From: Harriotta raleighana
Lineage: Eukaryota
NCBI GenBank assembly: GCA_050575255.1
Contig: JBNZDD010013641.1
Location: forward strand, 1,160,871 to 1,224,870
Length of the DNA: 64,000 nucleotides
Direction of reading: 5' to 3'
In this document: positions 40,186-52,113 of the stretch, piece after piece
Layout of the letters: every line of letters starts with the position of its first letter
Numbering within the stretch: the stretch's first letter is position 1
Program-made: the position numbers and the translations under genes
Notes under the pieces: generated by a model
Told to the model about the DNA's origin: nothing
The model's database searches: none
Seen by the model: the letters and a program-made list of their open reading frames with translations, nothing else

Positions 40186-40775
40186 GATTACTCCTATTTT
40201 GTTCCTTTAATCACTTGCCTAAGTGCGGTGAGAGAGGAACACATGAGAATCGCTACAACAACAACAACAACAACAACAAAATTACACTTGTAAAGGCGCC
40301 GAGGGACACAGCTGATGTACTACGACTGGGCTGACCTCATCAACAGTGTCACTGGCTAGAAAATGAATCACTTTGCGCGATCCTATATTTCCCGAATAGT
40401 CGGCGAACGAAGACACAGAGAATTCTACAGGAGCACAGAAGCCAAAGTTTTATTGTTAAGAATGATGAAAGACTGAAGCCTCTAATCACGTCTCCCTCCC
40501 CTATTCCCTGCATTGTTTAGGCAGCAAAATATGAGTTAATTATAGATATTTGTGTGGCCTTTGGAGAGGAGGTGGCAATACTTCCTGACATCGCTCCATT
40601 CTTTTAATAAAGGATTGTCGGAAAAGCGATAATCACCACAGCTAAAGCCACCCACAAACCCGCTTGGATTGCGAGGAACGTCATTTTTTCTATATACAGT
40701 TAGGAAGCAGCTGATTCATTGTTGCCTGAGCTGCTCTGTGAACTGTTGTGGTAATTCCGCACCCACTAATACAGC
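40142..40775. repeat. Copy B of the inverted duplication, with a 46-bp L2-tail insertion (40256-40301)
   Basis: Reverse complement of 25279-25867, plus an inserted (caa)n-aattacacttgtaaaggcgcc. Confidence 0.95.
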
Positions 40776-40810
40776 ACTAAGCCATAGATGGGAGGGACGG
40801 GGAGGGGTCA

Positions 40811-40915
40811 GGAGTGAGTTCTGAAGAAAAGGTCTTCGACTTGAAACTTTGACTCACTTTCCTCCCTTCATGGATGCTGCCTGACCAACCACTTGTTCCC
40901 AGCGAATTCAGTCGT
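40811..40915 (+). mobile_element. Penelope-like pLTR remnant with type I hammerhead-like fold
   Basis: AGTGAGTT-CTGAAGA-aa-AGGTC ttc GACTT-GAAA-CTTT-GACTCACT. Stem I pairs 40813-40820 with 40851-40858, and stem II is intact. Confidence 0.6.
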
Positions 40916-42529
40916 TTTAATCACAACAATTTTAATCCTTAAAGAGAGTGCTGTGGCTGTTCAGAACCGTACTATTATACATAAAACATTGTTTCCGCCG
41001 CAGATCAGCAGCATCCGAAACCGACGCACAAATCATTGGGATTATTTCTCCCTTTCATTTATTTAATTAAGCAAATGATCCAAAGCGTTTCCCTCCTTCA
41101 GGAGAGAGCAACACTTCCAATTTGATGGGTGCAACTAAATTATTGTCGAAAGTGTTCTGGGGATTGAATCTGACAATTATGAGTAATCAATGTGCATTCA
41201 TCACTCACGCGGGATAAATGTTGTTGGTGCTTAATCAGATGCGTTGCCAGCTCCTCTTCATTGGACTCTCCTTCAGCTGCTAACATACAGGCCATTTATT
41301 CTCTGATAGTTTTTATTGCTCGAGCCTATTCACAGTCCTGATTAGCTCAAATTCTAACATGTCACCATTCCGCATTGGGGGAGGGGATTAGAATCATAGA
41401 GTCGTAGAATACTACAGCGCAGAGACGGAGCCACCATGCCTGTGCCGGCTCTTTGGAAAAGCTACTCAATCAGTCCACTCCCCGGTCTTTCCCCATATCC
41501 TTGAAAATCTTTCCTTTTCAAATACTTTGTCCAATTCCCTTTTGAAAGTTGTTCTTGAATCTGTTTCCATCCTCCCTTCAGGCTGTGCTTTCTAGCTCTA
41601 CATTGACGGAGATGTCATCCGTTGGTTGAGACATTAAGGCAAGGTCCTGTTCACCTGTTTCAGGTGGATGTTAAAAATCCCGCAGCACATATTCAAAAAA
41701 ACCTCACCCCACCTAGACACTGCAGGGAGAAATCAGGCAAGTCCACAGAGAGAGAGAGAGAGAGAGAAACTATGGCTCACAAGACAAACCTTTCTCTCAT
41801 TCCTTCTCACTGTAAATTTCCCCCGATCTTCAGCCTTCAATGAGTCTATCTGATTAACATAACATACAATTTTGGGCCCAATCCGTGGGAGCTGAAACTG
41901 TTTAAAATTCATACAGTGATTCGCAGAATAACAACATCACAGCGACTTTTAATCCTCTGAGGCCTGTGTTCACTGTTCAGAACCAAAAATATATATCTAT
42001 ACACAACAAGGGTAGCATTTGTAATCCTTTAGGCTTTCCTGACAAGGCATCTCTAATAACAGATACGCTGGGAACACTTGAGAATGGAAAGGGAATAAGA
42101 TGGTTATGATTTTGCAAGGGATTTATTCAGGGAGTGAGGAAGCCTTCTGTAGTTTTACTCTCTCCCACCACCCCTACACACATTGCATTAATCGGATTCG
42201 ATCACATGCAGTGATGGAGATGGCAAAACAATTAAAGGATCGCAAGCTATGTTGCATGTGGAATAATGGGGGATTTGCAAAACCGAAACAGCAATTTAAG
42301 TTTTTCCACATGTTAATAATAATAATCCTTGCATTTGATATAGCGCTGTCTGCATCTTCTAGACATCTTAAAGCGCTTCACGGAATTTACTGTAAAGTGA
42401 ATTGAGTATATTTTTGGACGAAATGCAGCAGTCAATTACATACCACAACCACCACCTTTCCCCTCCCTCCCTCCCACTCTCCCTAACAAATAATAATCCC
42501 CTTCCTGTATCTTCTCATTTAGTAATCAT

Positions 42530-42920
42530 GTGGTAGCCTGGTTCACTTGGAAGCACTCTTGCATCCGACTCTGAGGTTGTGAGTTCGAGCCCCATTTTGG
42601 GACTTGGAACTCACATTATTAGTATTAGTATTATTATTTTTATTATTATTCTTATTATATGGAGTTTGCTGACACTCCAATGTGCTGCTGTGGGTGCAGC
42701 TGTCTTTTGGATGAAGCATTAAACCAAGGTCTCATTTGCCTGTTCAGATGGATGTTAAAGATCTCATGTCACTATACGAAGAGAGAAGGTAGTTTCTCCC
42801 AGTATCCTGGTCAATAGATAGAATTGCTGTACGCAAATTGATTGCTACATTTCACCTACAACAATACAAAGTCACTACACTACAGTATACCTTATAAAGC
42901 ACTCCAAACATGAGCGATAT
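42530..42920 (+). mobile_element. Older Deu-domain SINE
   Basis: tRNA-like head gaggttgtgagttcgagccc; ggatgaagcattaaaccaaggtc...caggtggatgttaaagatc-like Deu segment. Confidence 0.65.
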
Positions 42921-43249
42921 ATATCATTATGATGCACTGTGTCTTTGATTGTAAGATGACCATTCCAGACTTCAAATAACATGAAGGAAAGTCAATGGAG
43001 TCTATCATCTAGGGAGCTCTGCTTGTGAGACAACAACAATAACAACTAGCATTTATACAGCACCCTTCACGTAGGGAGGGATCTGGGCAGTGATGCCTGG
43101 TAGATCCAGTAACCCATTCTCCATCTCCTTCAATCGGTCATTTTCATCCAAACTCCTCAATAGCAACTCAAAAAGTGGGTACATGTTACCAGACAGCCGG
43201 ACAGGACAAATGGGGCCTTAGTTCTTAATTGTCACTCCCACAAAAACTA

Positions 43250-44011
43250 AAATTTTATAACCCAGTTCAGTTACCAGATCTTAGCTAATGTTGCTCAAAC
43301 AGCCGTCAAACAGGTCAGCTTTATTCATCGCCCTGTGCACTGTCAAAACACGCACACTGACTGGCTTTCAGAGGTACAGAAATACTGCAATAGTCATACT
43401 ATTTAGCTAAATAATTCATATTGTCTATTTCAGAGCTAGTTATTATTCACACTTAATTTATACCAGGGAACGCCACTCATCCGGACATACACAATCCATT
43501 AGTTGGGAGTGAGATAGAGGCCTGACCTGTTATGGCAGTTGGAGGTTGGGAGGGAGAGAAAGAGAGAGACTGAATTTTGTTTCCTATTTCTCTCAAATTT
43601 TATAACCCAGTTCAGTTACCAGATCTTAGCTAATGTTGCTCAAACAGCCGTCAAACAGGTCAGCTTTATTCATCACCCTGTGCACTGTCAAAACACGCAC
43701 ACTGACTGGCTTTCAGAGGTACAGAAATACTGCAATAGTCATACTATTTAGCTAAATAATTCATATTGTCTATTTCAGAGCTAGTTATTATTCACACTTA
43801 ATTTATACCAGGGAACGCCACTCATCCGGACATACACAATCCATTAGTTGGGAGTGAGATAGAGGCCTGACCTGTTATGGCAGTTGGAGGTTGGGAGGGA
43901 GAGAAAGAGAGAGAGACTGAATTTTGTTTCCTATTTCTCTCAAATTTTATAACCCAGTTCAGTTACCAGATCTTAGCTAATGTTGCTCGAACAGCCGTCG
44001 AACAGGTCAGC
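43250..44011. repeat. Near-perfect tandem duplication, 345/347-bp period, ~2.2 copies
   Basis: aaattttataacccagttcagttaccag starts at 43250, 43595 and 43942. The full copies differ by about 1 SNP and one AG unit. Confidence 0.95.
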
Positions 44012-44246
44012 CAAAAAAGTTTTAGTAGCATGTTTGCACGCCAGGGATCCGAGTGAACCTGTAAATTGGCAATGTGGTTCAGATAAATGCAGAATTCGTG
44101 GGAGACACATGCAGAGTGTGAAAAAGAGAGAGAGAGAGAGAATCACAGTGAAGAGATATGCATGCAGAATGAATGAGCTGAGAGAAACAGAAAGACACAC
44201 ACACACATATAGTGAGAGAGAGTGATACAGTGAAACACACCATACA

Positions 44247-44546
44247 TAATAATAATCCTTGCATTTGATATAGCACTTTTCACATCTTCTAGACGTCTCA
44301 ATGTGCTTCACAGAATATACTGTAAAGTGAATTGATTGTATATTTGGCAGCCAATTGCACACAGCAGGGTCCCACAAACAATCTTGGATTGAAATGATCA
44401 AATTTATTATTGGTTTTTTTGAGCGATTATTATCAGGCGTGTGGAGTAAGGAAACTTGCCTATGATTTCACCCTGACCTACCTGGAGTCGAACCCAAGTC
44501 TCTCGCTTGTAAGGCAAGTTCTCCAACCACTGAGCTACAGGTCTCC
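44247..44546 (-). mobile_element. tRNA-derived SINE (short subtype)
   Basis: Family motifs. Confidence 0.85.
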
Positions 44547-45204
44547 ACAACAAGTTAAGCTGTCGTTCTTCTCCGAAGCAGGAGATAATTACCTAAGCAA
44601 CTAAAGAAAGTTAATTTGATTTGAATTTACAAAGGTTGCAGTTTGTTTTACAGCTCCTCCCCTAACCTTTAAGAAAAATAGATTATTTCTTATATTTATC
44701 AAACTATTACATTACAGAGTTGATCGAATTTGAACATATTATTTAATATACAGCATTACAAACTAGATACATTCATCAGCTAGCTCTATTTTGCTATCAA
44801 CCATACATACACACACACACATACACACAGTGGAAGCCGGGCTTTGCCGGACGCACCCGGGGACGGCCGTTTTGTCCGATTTAAGAGGCGTCCGAGGTTA
44901 ACCAAAACACCATTCCCACCCAGCAGAAGATCTGTGATGGCGCTTCCTCCCTCCCATTACCATTCCCATTGGACAGGACCAATTAGCAGCAGTGTTGGGG
45001 TGATTGATGGCCAGCAGCCACTTATGAACGATTGGATCCACCTATTCACAAGAAGCTCAGCTATCAATTGCAATTTCCCTCTCTTGTTAGCCCCGTTCCT
45101 CCGCCCCCTCACTGATTTGACAGCCCAACTCTAGCCATTTGTGAATGGCTGGAGTCTGCCGTCAATCAATCACTGTCACGACTCCTTGCATCTCCATCCC
45201 ACTG

Positions 45205-45845
45205 TATATACACACACATAGTAAGACACATACACTCACTCATACACCATGAGACACACACACACACACTATGAGAGACACACACTGTGAGATACACACA
45301 CTCACTCATTCACACTGTGAGAGATGTACACATTGTGAGAGACACAAACACATGTGAGACACATACACACACTGTATGAGACACACCTTATGAGAGATAC
45401 ACACACACACACAGTATGGGAGACACACACTATGAGACACGCACACTGTGAGACACATACCTACTGTAACAGACACACACAGACTGTGAGAGGTATACAT
45501 ACTGTGAGAGACACCCAAACACTGTGAGACACACTGTGAGACACACACACACTGTGAGACAAACACACACACACACTTTGAGAGACACACATGCATACTG
45601 ACAGACACACACACACTGTGAGAGATATATACACTGTGAGAGACACACACACACTGTGAGGTACACTCGCACACACTGTGAGACACACACACTGTGAGAG
45701 ACACACACTCCCTGAGGCACACACACACTGTAAGAGACACACACTATGAGAAGATTAACCTACTGTGAGAGATAACACACTGTAAGAGACACACACACAC
45801 ATAAACATATTGTGAGAGACACATGCAACACATTTTGTGAGAGAT
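45205..45845. repeat. Compound (CA)n/actgtgagag minisatellite
   Basis: Repeated actgtgaga(ga)cacacac units. Confidence 0.9.
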
Positions 45846-46599
45846 AAAAAGCGCTTTATCAAAATGCAAGTATTATTATTATGCACCCAGACACACATAT
45901 ATACAGTGAAAAATCAAGCAAGACACATACAGAGAGAAACACAGATACACACTGAATTGATTTCCCCGGATAATTGAGCTCTCAATAGCATATCTGTATT
46001 AACACAGAACCCGTTTACATCTTTGCTTTGTTTTACTATCGTTGTTATTTTGTGAGAGGAAGTTACACATTTTAGTGACTGCTCGAGCTAGTAATGTCTT
46101 GATCCCACAGGAGATAACGGAACATTAACAAGACTTAGAGCCAAGCCTATAAAGGCAAAATGCCTGTTGATCTCTTCCCCAGTAAAGCAGTCCCCATCTC
46201 CCAAGTTTACAGTTGAGGACATTTAGAAACAAGAGAGATTTGTGGGCACTTTGCAAGTTGCTGTTTGGCTTCTACTTTGACCAATTTGAAGGAAACCAGG
46301 AATCTGACGAGAGGAAAGTCATCTGTCAAGACTGGTGAATCTACAATGAAGGGTTTAAAGGTGCCATGCTTACAGCACATCTTGATAGATGTGTAGGTTT
46401 TATTGTGCTTTGTCCTCTCAAGGTCTGGAGGGATAAGGGAGGGTTTTCCTCTTGTGAATCCACCCCATATCAATCATCTGATGATTTGTTTTGCCACGGC
46501 TTTCATTGAGAACCTACGTTAATACGCAATCTTTTTTTCTACTGCATCAATGTCTCTTTTCGGGATATTTAACAAATCACCATTTATGTCAATAGCAAC

Positions 46600-47000
46600 A
46601 ACAAAAATAACGACAACTTGCATTTTATATACATAGAGCAGGTGGCGTCCCGGAGCACTCAACAGTGGCGGAAGTTTGAAGCCGATCCAGGGGAAGAGTG
46701 GGGGTTGACTCTGAGCACGATTAAAAAGGAAGGTCTTTAGGTGGGATTTGAAAGTGGGCAGGGAAGGGGGTAGGGAAATGGGCAAGGTGGAGGGATGGAC
46801 GGGTGAGTTTCGGGGCATAAAGGCTGAAGGCACGGCCGCCAATGATGGAGTGGAGGGAACGAGGAACAGGAGGCTGGAGCCAGCCGAGCGGAGGCAGCGG
46901 GTAGTGGAGTGAGGGGATTGTAGGGGGTAAATAGATGAGAGAGGTATGGAAGTGCAAGGGAATAAAGTGATTTGAAAACAAGTGAGAGGATCTTGAAAGA
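46600..47000 (-). mobile_element. L2 LINE 3' fragment
   Basis: FKILSLVFKSLYSLALPYLS...GGRAFSLYAPKL...FKSHLKTFLF remnant. Confidence 0.8.
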
Positions 47001-48324
47001 GATTTGTTTGGTGATTTCATAAAATCCAGCCTGGTTTCCTCGTGGACTGCCTGCCTGCCTCTCCTGCATGTGAAGGTTTACTTCAGGGCTCCCTCAAGCA
47101 AAAACACAGGACATCAAGAAACAGAAATGGACATGTTTTCAGCCCAGGGGTTCATTTGGCTCATGGTGTCTATCTCACCGTTACATGTATTTCCAAATCA
47201 TCCTTTTTTATGAGGCCCACCTTCTGGCTCTCTCTCCGAATCCCTAAATGTTTTTTTATTGATGTTGCAACCAATAAGTGAACAAAGTGCCTAAATAAAA
47301 CGGAATATAAAGCAGTAGGTACAGCACACTCCTGCAGTATGTGGCTTGACTGTGTTCAATTACTGTTCAGGGCTGAAATGCCTCACCAGAGACGAGGTTT
47401 CAATTGTTCCCTGAATCTCATCAACCTCGCCACCAGATTTTGTTTGGGGAGAGGCAAGCGGTTCATTTTTTATGATCAATGGTTGATTTTTGATGGGCTT
47501 TTTAACAAGATAGGGCGGGTGATTGTGTGTGGTGTGTGTGTGTGTATGTGGGTATGTGAGTGTGGAGGGTTTGCTTGTATATGTGTGGGGAGTGGGTGAA
47601 AGGGTGTGTATGGGCGTGTGGGTATGTGTGTGGAGGGGGGGTGGGGGGAGGGGGAGGGANGGCGTGTGGGTATGTGTGTGGAGGGGGGGTGGGGGGAGGG
47701 GAGAGTGTGGGCCTCCACCCCCAACACACACACGATAATTATTTCCAACCGGGGTGATGTGGTTCCTGGGGCCGTTACCCCCACTTGAAAGGTGCTGTGA
47801 AAATGCAAGTTGTTGTCATCGTTCCAAAAACCCTGCTGCTCGCTCCAAGCTCCACCAACAGGGGAGTGGATGGTGGGGGGGATCAGTTGTTTGCTGCGAG
47901 CCACATAGCCCTACATCTAGTCCGTCAGTGGCTTCCAGCTTCGCCTCGCGTCCTCTCTCTGTCACAGATATAACATTGCAGCTCTGTTTTCCACAGGCTT
48001 TAGCGCAAGAAGGTGTATGTCCGCAGGAAGGAACTCGCACTAAAAAAGAAAAGTCTGCCTACACTCTTTTATCCCAAAGCATCAGATATTCCCTGCACAC
48101 CATGACCTAAATAAGTCTGCTAGGATTTTTTGTTATAAAAAAAACGAACACGTGTCCTTTTAAATTTAGGTTTCTGCAACAGCCACTGTGCGCAAGAAGC
48201 TGAACACATGCTCTCTAAACACTACAAGTACAGTTCACTACGAGAAGCAGCAGAAACAACTGTAACCTTTCTCTATCCAGCTCCTGGACTCAAAAATAAC
48301 CAGGAGGCAACCCATTACTGTGGT

Positions 48325-48498
48325 TGGAAACCGGAGATTAAAAATAAACAGAAGTGGCTGGAAACAGTCGGCAGGTCAGGCAGCATCTATGGAGAGTGCT
48401 GATGAAAGGTCATCAACCTGAAACCTTAATTCACTTTCCTCTCTCCATGGATGCTCCTGACGTGCTGAGTGTTCCCAGCCATCTTCTGTTTTTGTTTC
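48325..48498 (+). mobile_element. Penelope-like palindromic remnant with hammerhead-like core
   Basis: ~50-bp inverted arms (48347-48396 / 48441-48490) surround CTGATGA-AAGGTCATCAACCT-GAAAC (48399-48424). Confidence 0.65.
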
Positions 48499-49781
48499 GT
48501 TAAACGATTTGCCGACGGCTGGGGCTCCTTGGAGGAGCAATCAGAGAGGTGGCGGGGGCAGATGGAAAAGAGAGAGGAAGGAATGCATATAAGGCATTAG
48601 CTGGCATCAATGACTAGCACTCTCCAGGACTAGGTCAGTAGGTTGGCATCATTGCATAATCCACGCTGACACTGCAGCACAGAGCTGGAGAGTGGGGAGA
48701 CGGCTGCATTATTGGTGGTCACTGCCTTCGGATGAGATATTCAGCTAAGGTCTCGTCTCGACGTACTGTTGTCGGCTGTTAACGATCCCAAGAAACTGTC
48801 CACTGCCCTGGCCAACAACCCTCATTGTCTTTGTTGCTGTTTGGGAACCTTGCTGCGTGAGAAACAGTCAAGGCATTCGCCTACAAGTCGACTGGATAGT
48901 CACTGCCTCCGAAGCTCTGGGAAATCCTTGAGGAGCTCCGAGGTCCTTAAATAGGGTCACAGCCCGAGGAAGAGGAACACTAACATTGTCTTGAACTCCT
49001 CCTTCATCTGACATCTTCATTCAGCCTCACAAGGCTGCAGTAACCCTTGCCATTATCAGCCTCATCTTATCCCTGATCATCCACAATCAGGCCCTTATAA
49101 TAACAGTAATCCTTTCATTTGATATATCATATATCATGTTCAAATGTTTCAAAGTGCTTCACAGGCGATTGCCCAAAGATTTGCAGAAGGAGCTGAGGTA
49201 GGGATTTGAATGCTTAAAATCCCAGAGTGTTCAGCAAAGTCCTTGCTTGGCACATCCTCCCAATGTGAAACGCGTACAAAGATAACTTCTTATTGTTGTT
49301 TGTCTTCTTACAATTTGAGCCCAGACAGACCTTTCCGGGCCCAACATAGCAATACAAGGTGAAGGTTAAAGCCAGTCTTGGCCTTTGTGCCAGACAGGCA
49401 ATGAATGCCCTTTTCATACATTCACAAATAAACACAATTTCAAATAACAACAGTGTAACAGGGGACCGAGCCTGCGCAGAAACCATTAGTGCTGATTACG
49501 AGGAAGTAGCAATGTGAAGGCTGAGCCCTAGAGAATTACACATTGTCTATTCCGAGAGAAAATAAAATTGCTCGTGTAGCTACTTCACTCACCGACCGCT
49601 CGCACCGTGCATTTTAATCAATGGTACAGACGGTGAGTGGTTCTGTATTATCGAACTCTGCGTAATTACCAGGCCTTCGTTTAATACACATGAATTCCGA
49701 GTAGCAACCCTGCTGAACAGCAGGAGGAAACACCAAGTGAGGTGGGCATTTTTCGTCATTCCATCAAGCTCATTAGAGGAG

Positions 49782-50088
49782 ATAATAATCCTTGCATTTG
49801 ATGCAGCGCCTTATCAGGTCTTCTAGACGTCTCAAAGCGCTTCGCAAAATATACTGTAAAGTGAACTGACCGTATATTTGTGGGTGAAACTCAGCAGCCC
49901 ATTGTGCACAGCAGTGTCCCATAAACAGTCGTGGATTAAAATGACCAAATTATTATTGTTTTATTTTTTAAGTGATTATTATTATTATGTGGAGTAAGGA
50001 AACTCGCCCAAGGTTTCACCCTGCCTGGATTCAAACCCTGGTCACTCGCTTGTAAGGTGAGTGCTCTAACCACTGAGTTACACAACTC
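49782..50088 (-). mobile_element. tRNA-derived SINE (short subtype)
   Basis: Family motifs. Confidence 0.85.
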
Positions 50089-51255
50089 TTAATACAGATG
50101 TCGTGGCTTTGTGCTACAGTGCTGTGCACCACCACCCAGACCTATGTTTGTGACATTCGTACATTCATATAGCGTCTTTCACGTCAGGAGGACATCCTAA
50201 AGCGCTGGTCAGTCAAGCAAAACAGCCTGAAATGAACGGCCAATTCTACCTCTGAGATGGTCGACTGGGAGAACAGCACCACTATATATATATGTATATA
50301 TGTTTTTAAATCAGCTTCTTCTTGGTCCCTGTGTCTAGCTGGCTAACAAGTACTTGGTCTCCTAACACCTTGAGAGCCTGAGACTAAGTCCTGGCCGGCC
50401 AGTTCAACCAGCCAGTCGGCGCCGGTGTGTAACGAAATATGTGACGGACCTTTAAACATCTTCGCTATGATCGCTAGACAACTGACAAGTGTGCTGGATA
50501 TAATGTAAATCCATAAAAATGTAATCTGAGTGAGCTGCAGATCATCCTGCCTGACCTGAACCCATCGCTGGCTGAACAAGGCACCGAATCAGCATTTAAC
50601 CAAGGGGACTGACTCCTTCCTTCCCAGAGGGTTGAGTGTATGAATGTATGTATCTGAACTAAGTCATAATTGGCAAAGGGAAGAGCATGATGAGTACACA
50701 GCACTCTGGCTAAAGCTGCTCTGCTCAGTTTCTCTCCGTCCACTGTCAAATCCCTCCACGCCACACCCTAATTCTGTAACCTCCTGAAAACCCTCCCGGG
50801 ATAGCAGCCCAACCCACTCCTCTTAGCCCAGGATCTAGTTTCAGATTTTCCTGGTTACCAAAGCACAGAGAGAGAGAGAGGGGGAGACAGATGGATGGAT
50901 GGACAGACAGAGAGAGGGACAGAGAGACAGAGAGAGACTGATAGAGAGAGACAGGCAGACAGATGGACGGAACAGAGTGTGGGTTTTTTACTGCCATGAT
51001 TGCTCCATACACTAGATCCCTTATCTCAGTTGGAATATTCAGGCTGGCGGCAAGTCCATCAGATTCCTCTCCTCTCAATCACCAGCTGAGCCACAGAACC
51101 CCGAGTGGGTGAGGTACATCGACATCCACCAGGGGCACCTACAGCAACAGATCAGTGCCCAGGTACAACACATCAAACAGAGTTTCGGAGAGAGGAGGAA
51201 TCAGGATAGTGAGTGTGATTAAGCACCTACTCCCATATATAGTAGGAGTTGTACT

Positions 51256-51575
51256 GGAGTCCTGTAGCTCAGTGGTTAGAGCACTCACCTTACAAGCGTG
51301 AGACCTGTGTTCAAATCCAGGCACGTCAGAGAAAAACCTTAGGCAAGTTTTGTTACTCCACACACCTAATAATAATCCGTCCAAAAAAAACACAATAAAA
51401 ATTGGTCATTTCAATCCACAACTGTTTGTGGGACACTGCTGTGCATAATTGGCTGCCGCGTTTTGCCCACAAATATACAGTCAATTCGCTTTACAGTATA
51501 TTCTGTGAAGCGCTTTGAGGCGTCAATAAGATGTAAAAAGAGCTATATCAAATGCAAGGATTTTTATTATCATTA
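51256..51575 (+). mobile_element. tRNA-derived SINE, full-length representative copy (short subtype)
   Basis: Head GGAGTCCTGTAGCTCAGTGGTTAGAGC with A box and GTTCAAATCC B box; body ctgtttgtgggacactgctgtg...; L2-like tail aagcgctttgag...atcaaatgcaagga(tta)n. Dozens of full or partial copies occur in the window. Confidence 0.9.
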
Positions 51576-52113
51576 CTCACCACATCGACAGCCATAACAG
51601 TTCTCCAGGGCAGGGTACTGAGGATCCTCACACTCTCGGAGAAAGCAACAGTCCAGGTGCCTTCGCAAGGCACACTGCAGTACAGGAGACAAGAGGCAAA
51701 GTTTGGGGCAGTCACAGTTGGGTGTCTGTCAGCGAGGGGACGAGTAACAAAACTGCGAATAGATTCACCATCCGAGCCCAGCAGAGGAAATTATCACATC
51801 AGATAAAGCGCTAGTTATCACGTTAAACCCGTCATTTTGTTTTACTGCTAAAAGGTGAACGAGGATAAGCCAGTGTCGAAGAGTTCAGTGTCTGGATAAG
51901 TAGGGGGCAGAATATTAACACTGGCACCTCCACACTTACTGAATCTTTTTTTATCTGAGGGATACAGCAGAGATAATTCACTCTCTGGATCTCTCTCTCT
52001 CCAGTGACAATTTCCATTCAGCTTTTCAGAAGGACCAGAATGACACATCAGCCTGGCTCAGCTGGTGGCCCTCTCACTTGCGAATCGTAAGGTCGTGAGC
52101 ATATACAATATGG

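Noticed and set aside
44828-44900. Possible Tc1/pogo MITE left end (cagtggaagccgg...)
   Set aside because: No matching right TIR or TSD found.
51256-51330. tRNA genes (many tRNA-like heads)
   Set aside because: Each continues into SINE body and tail and lacks a clean cloverleaf with terminator.
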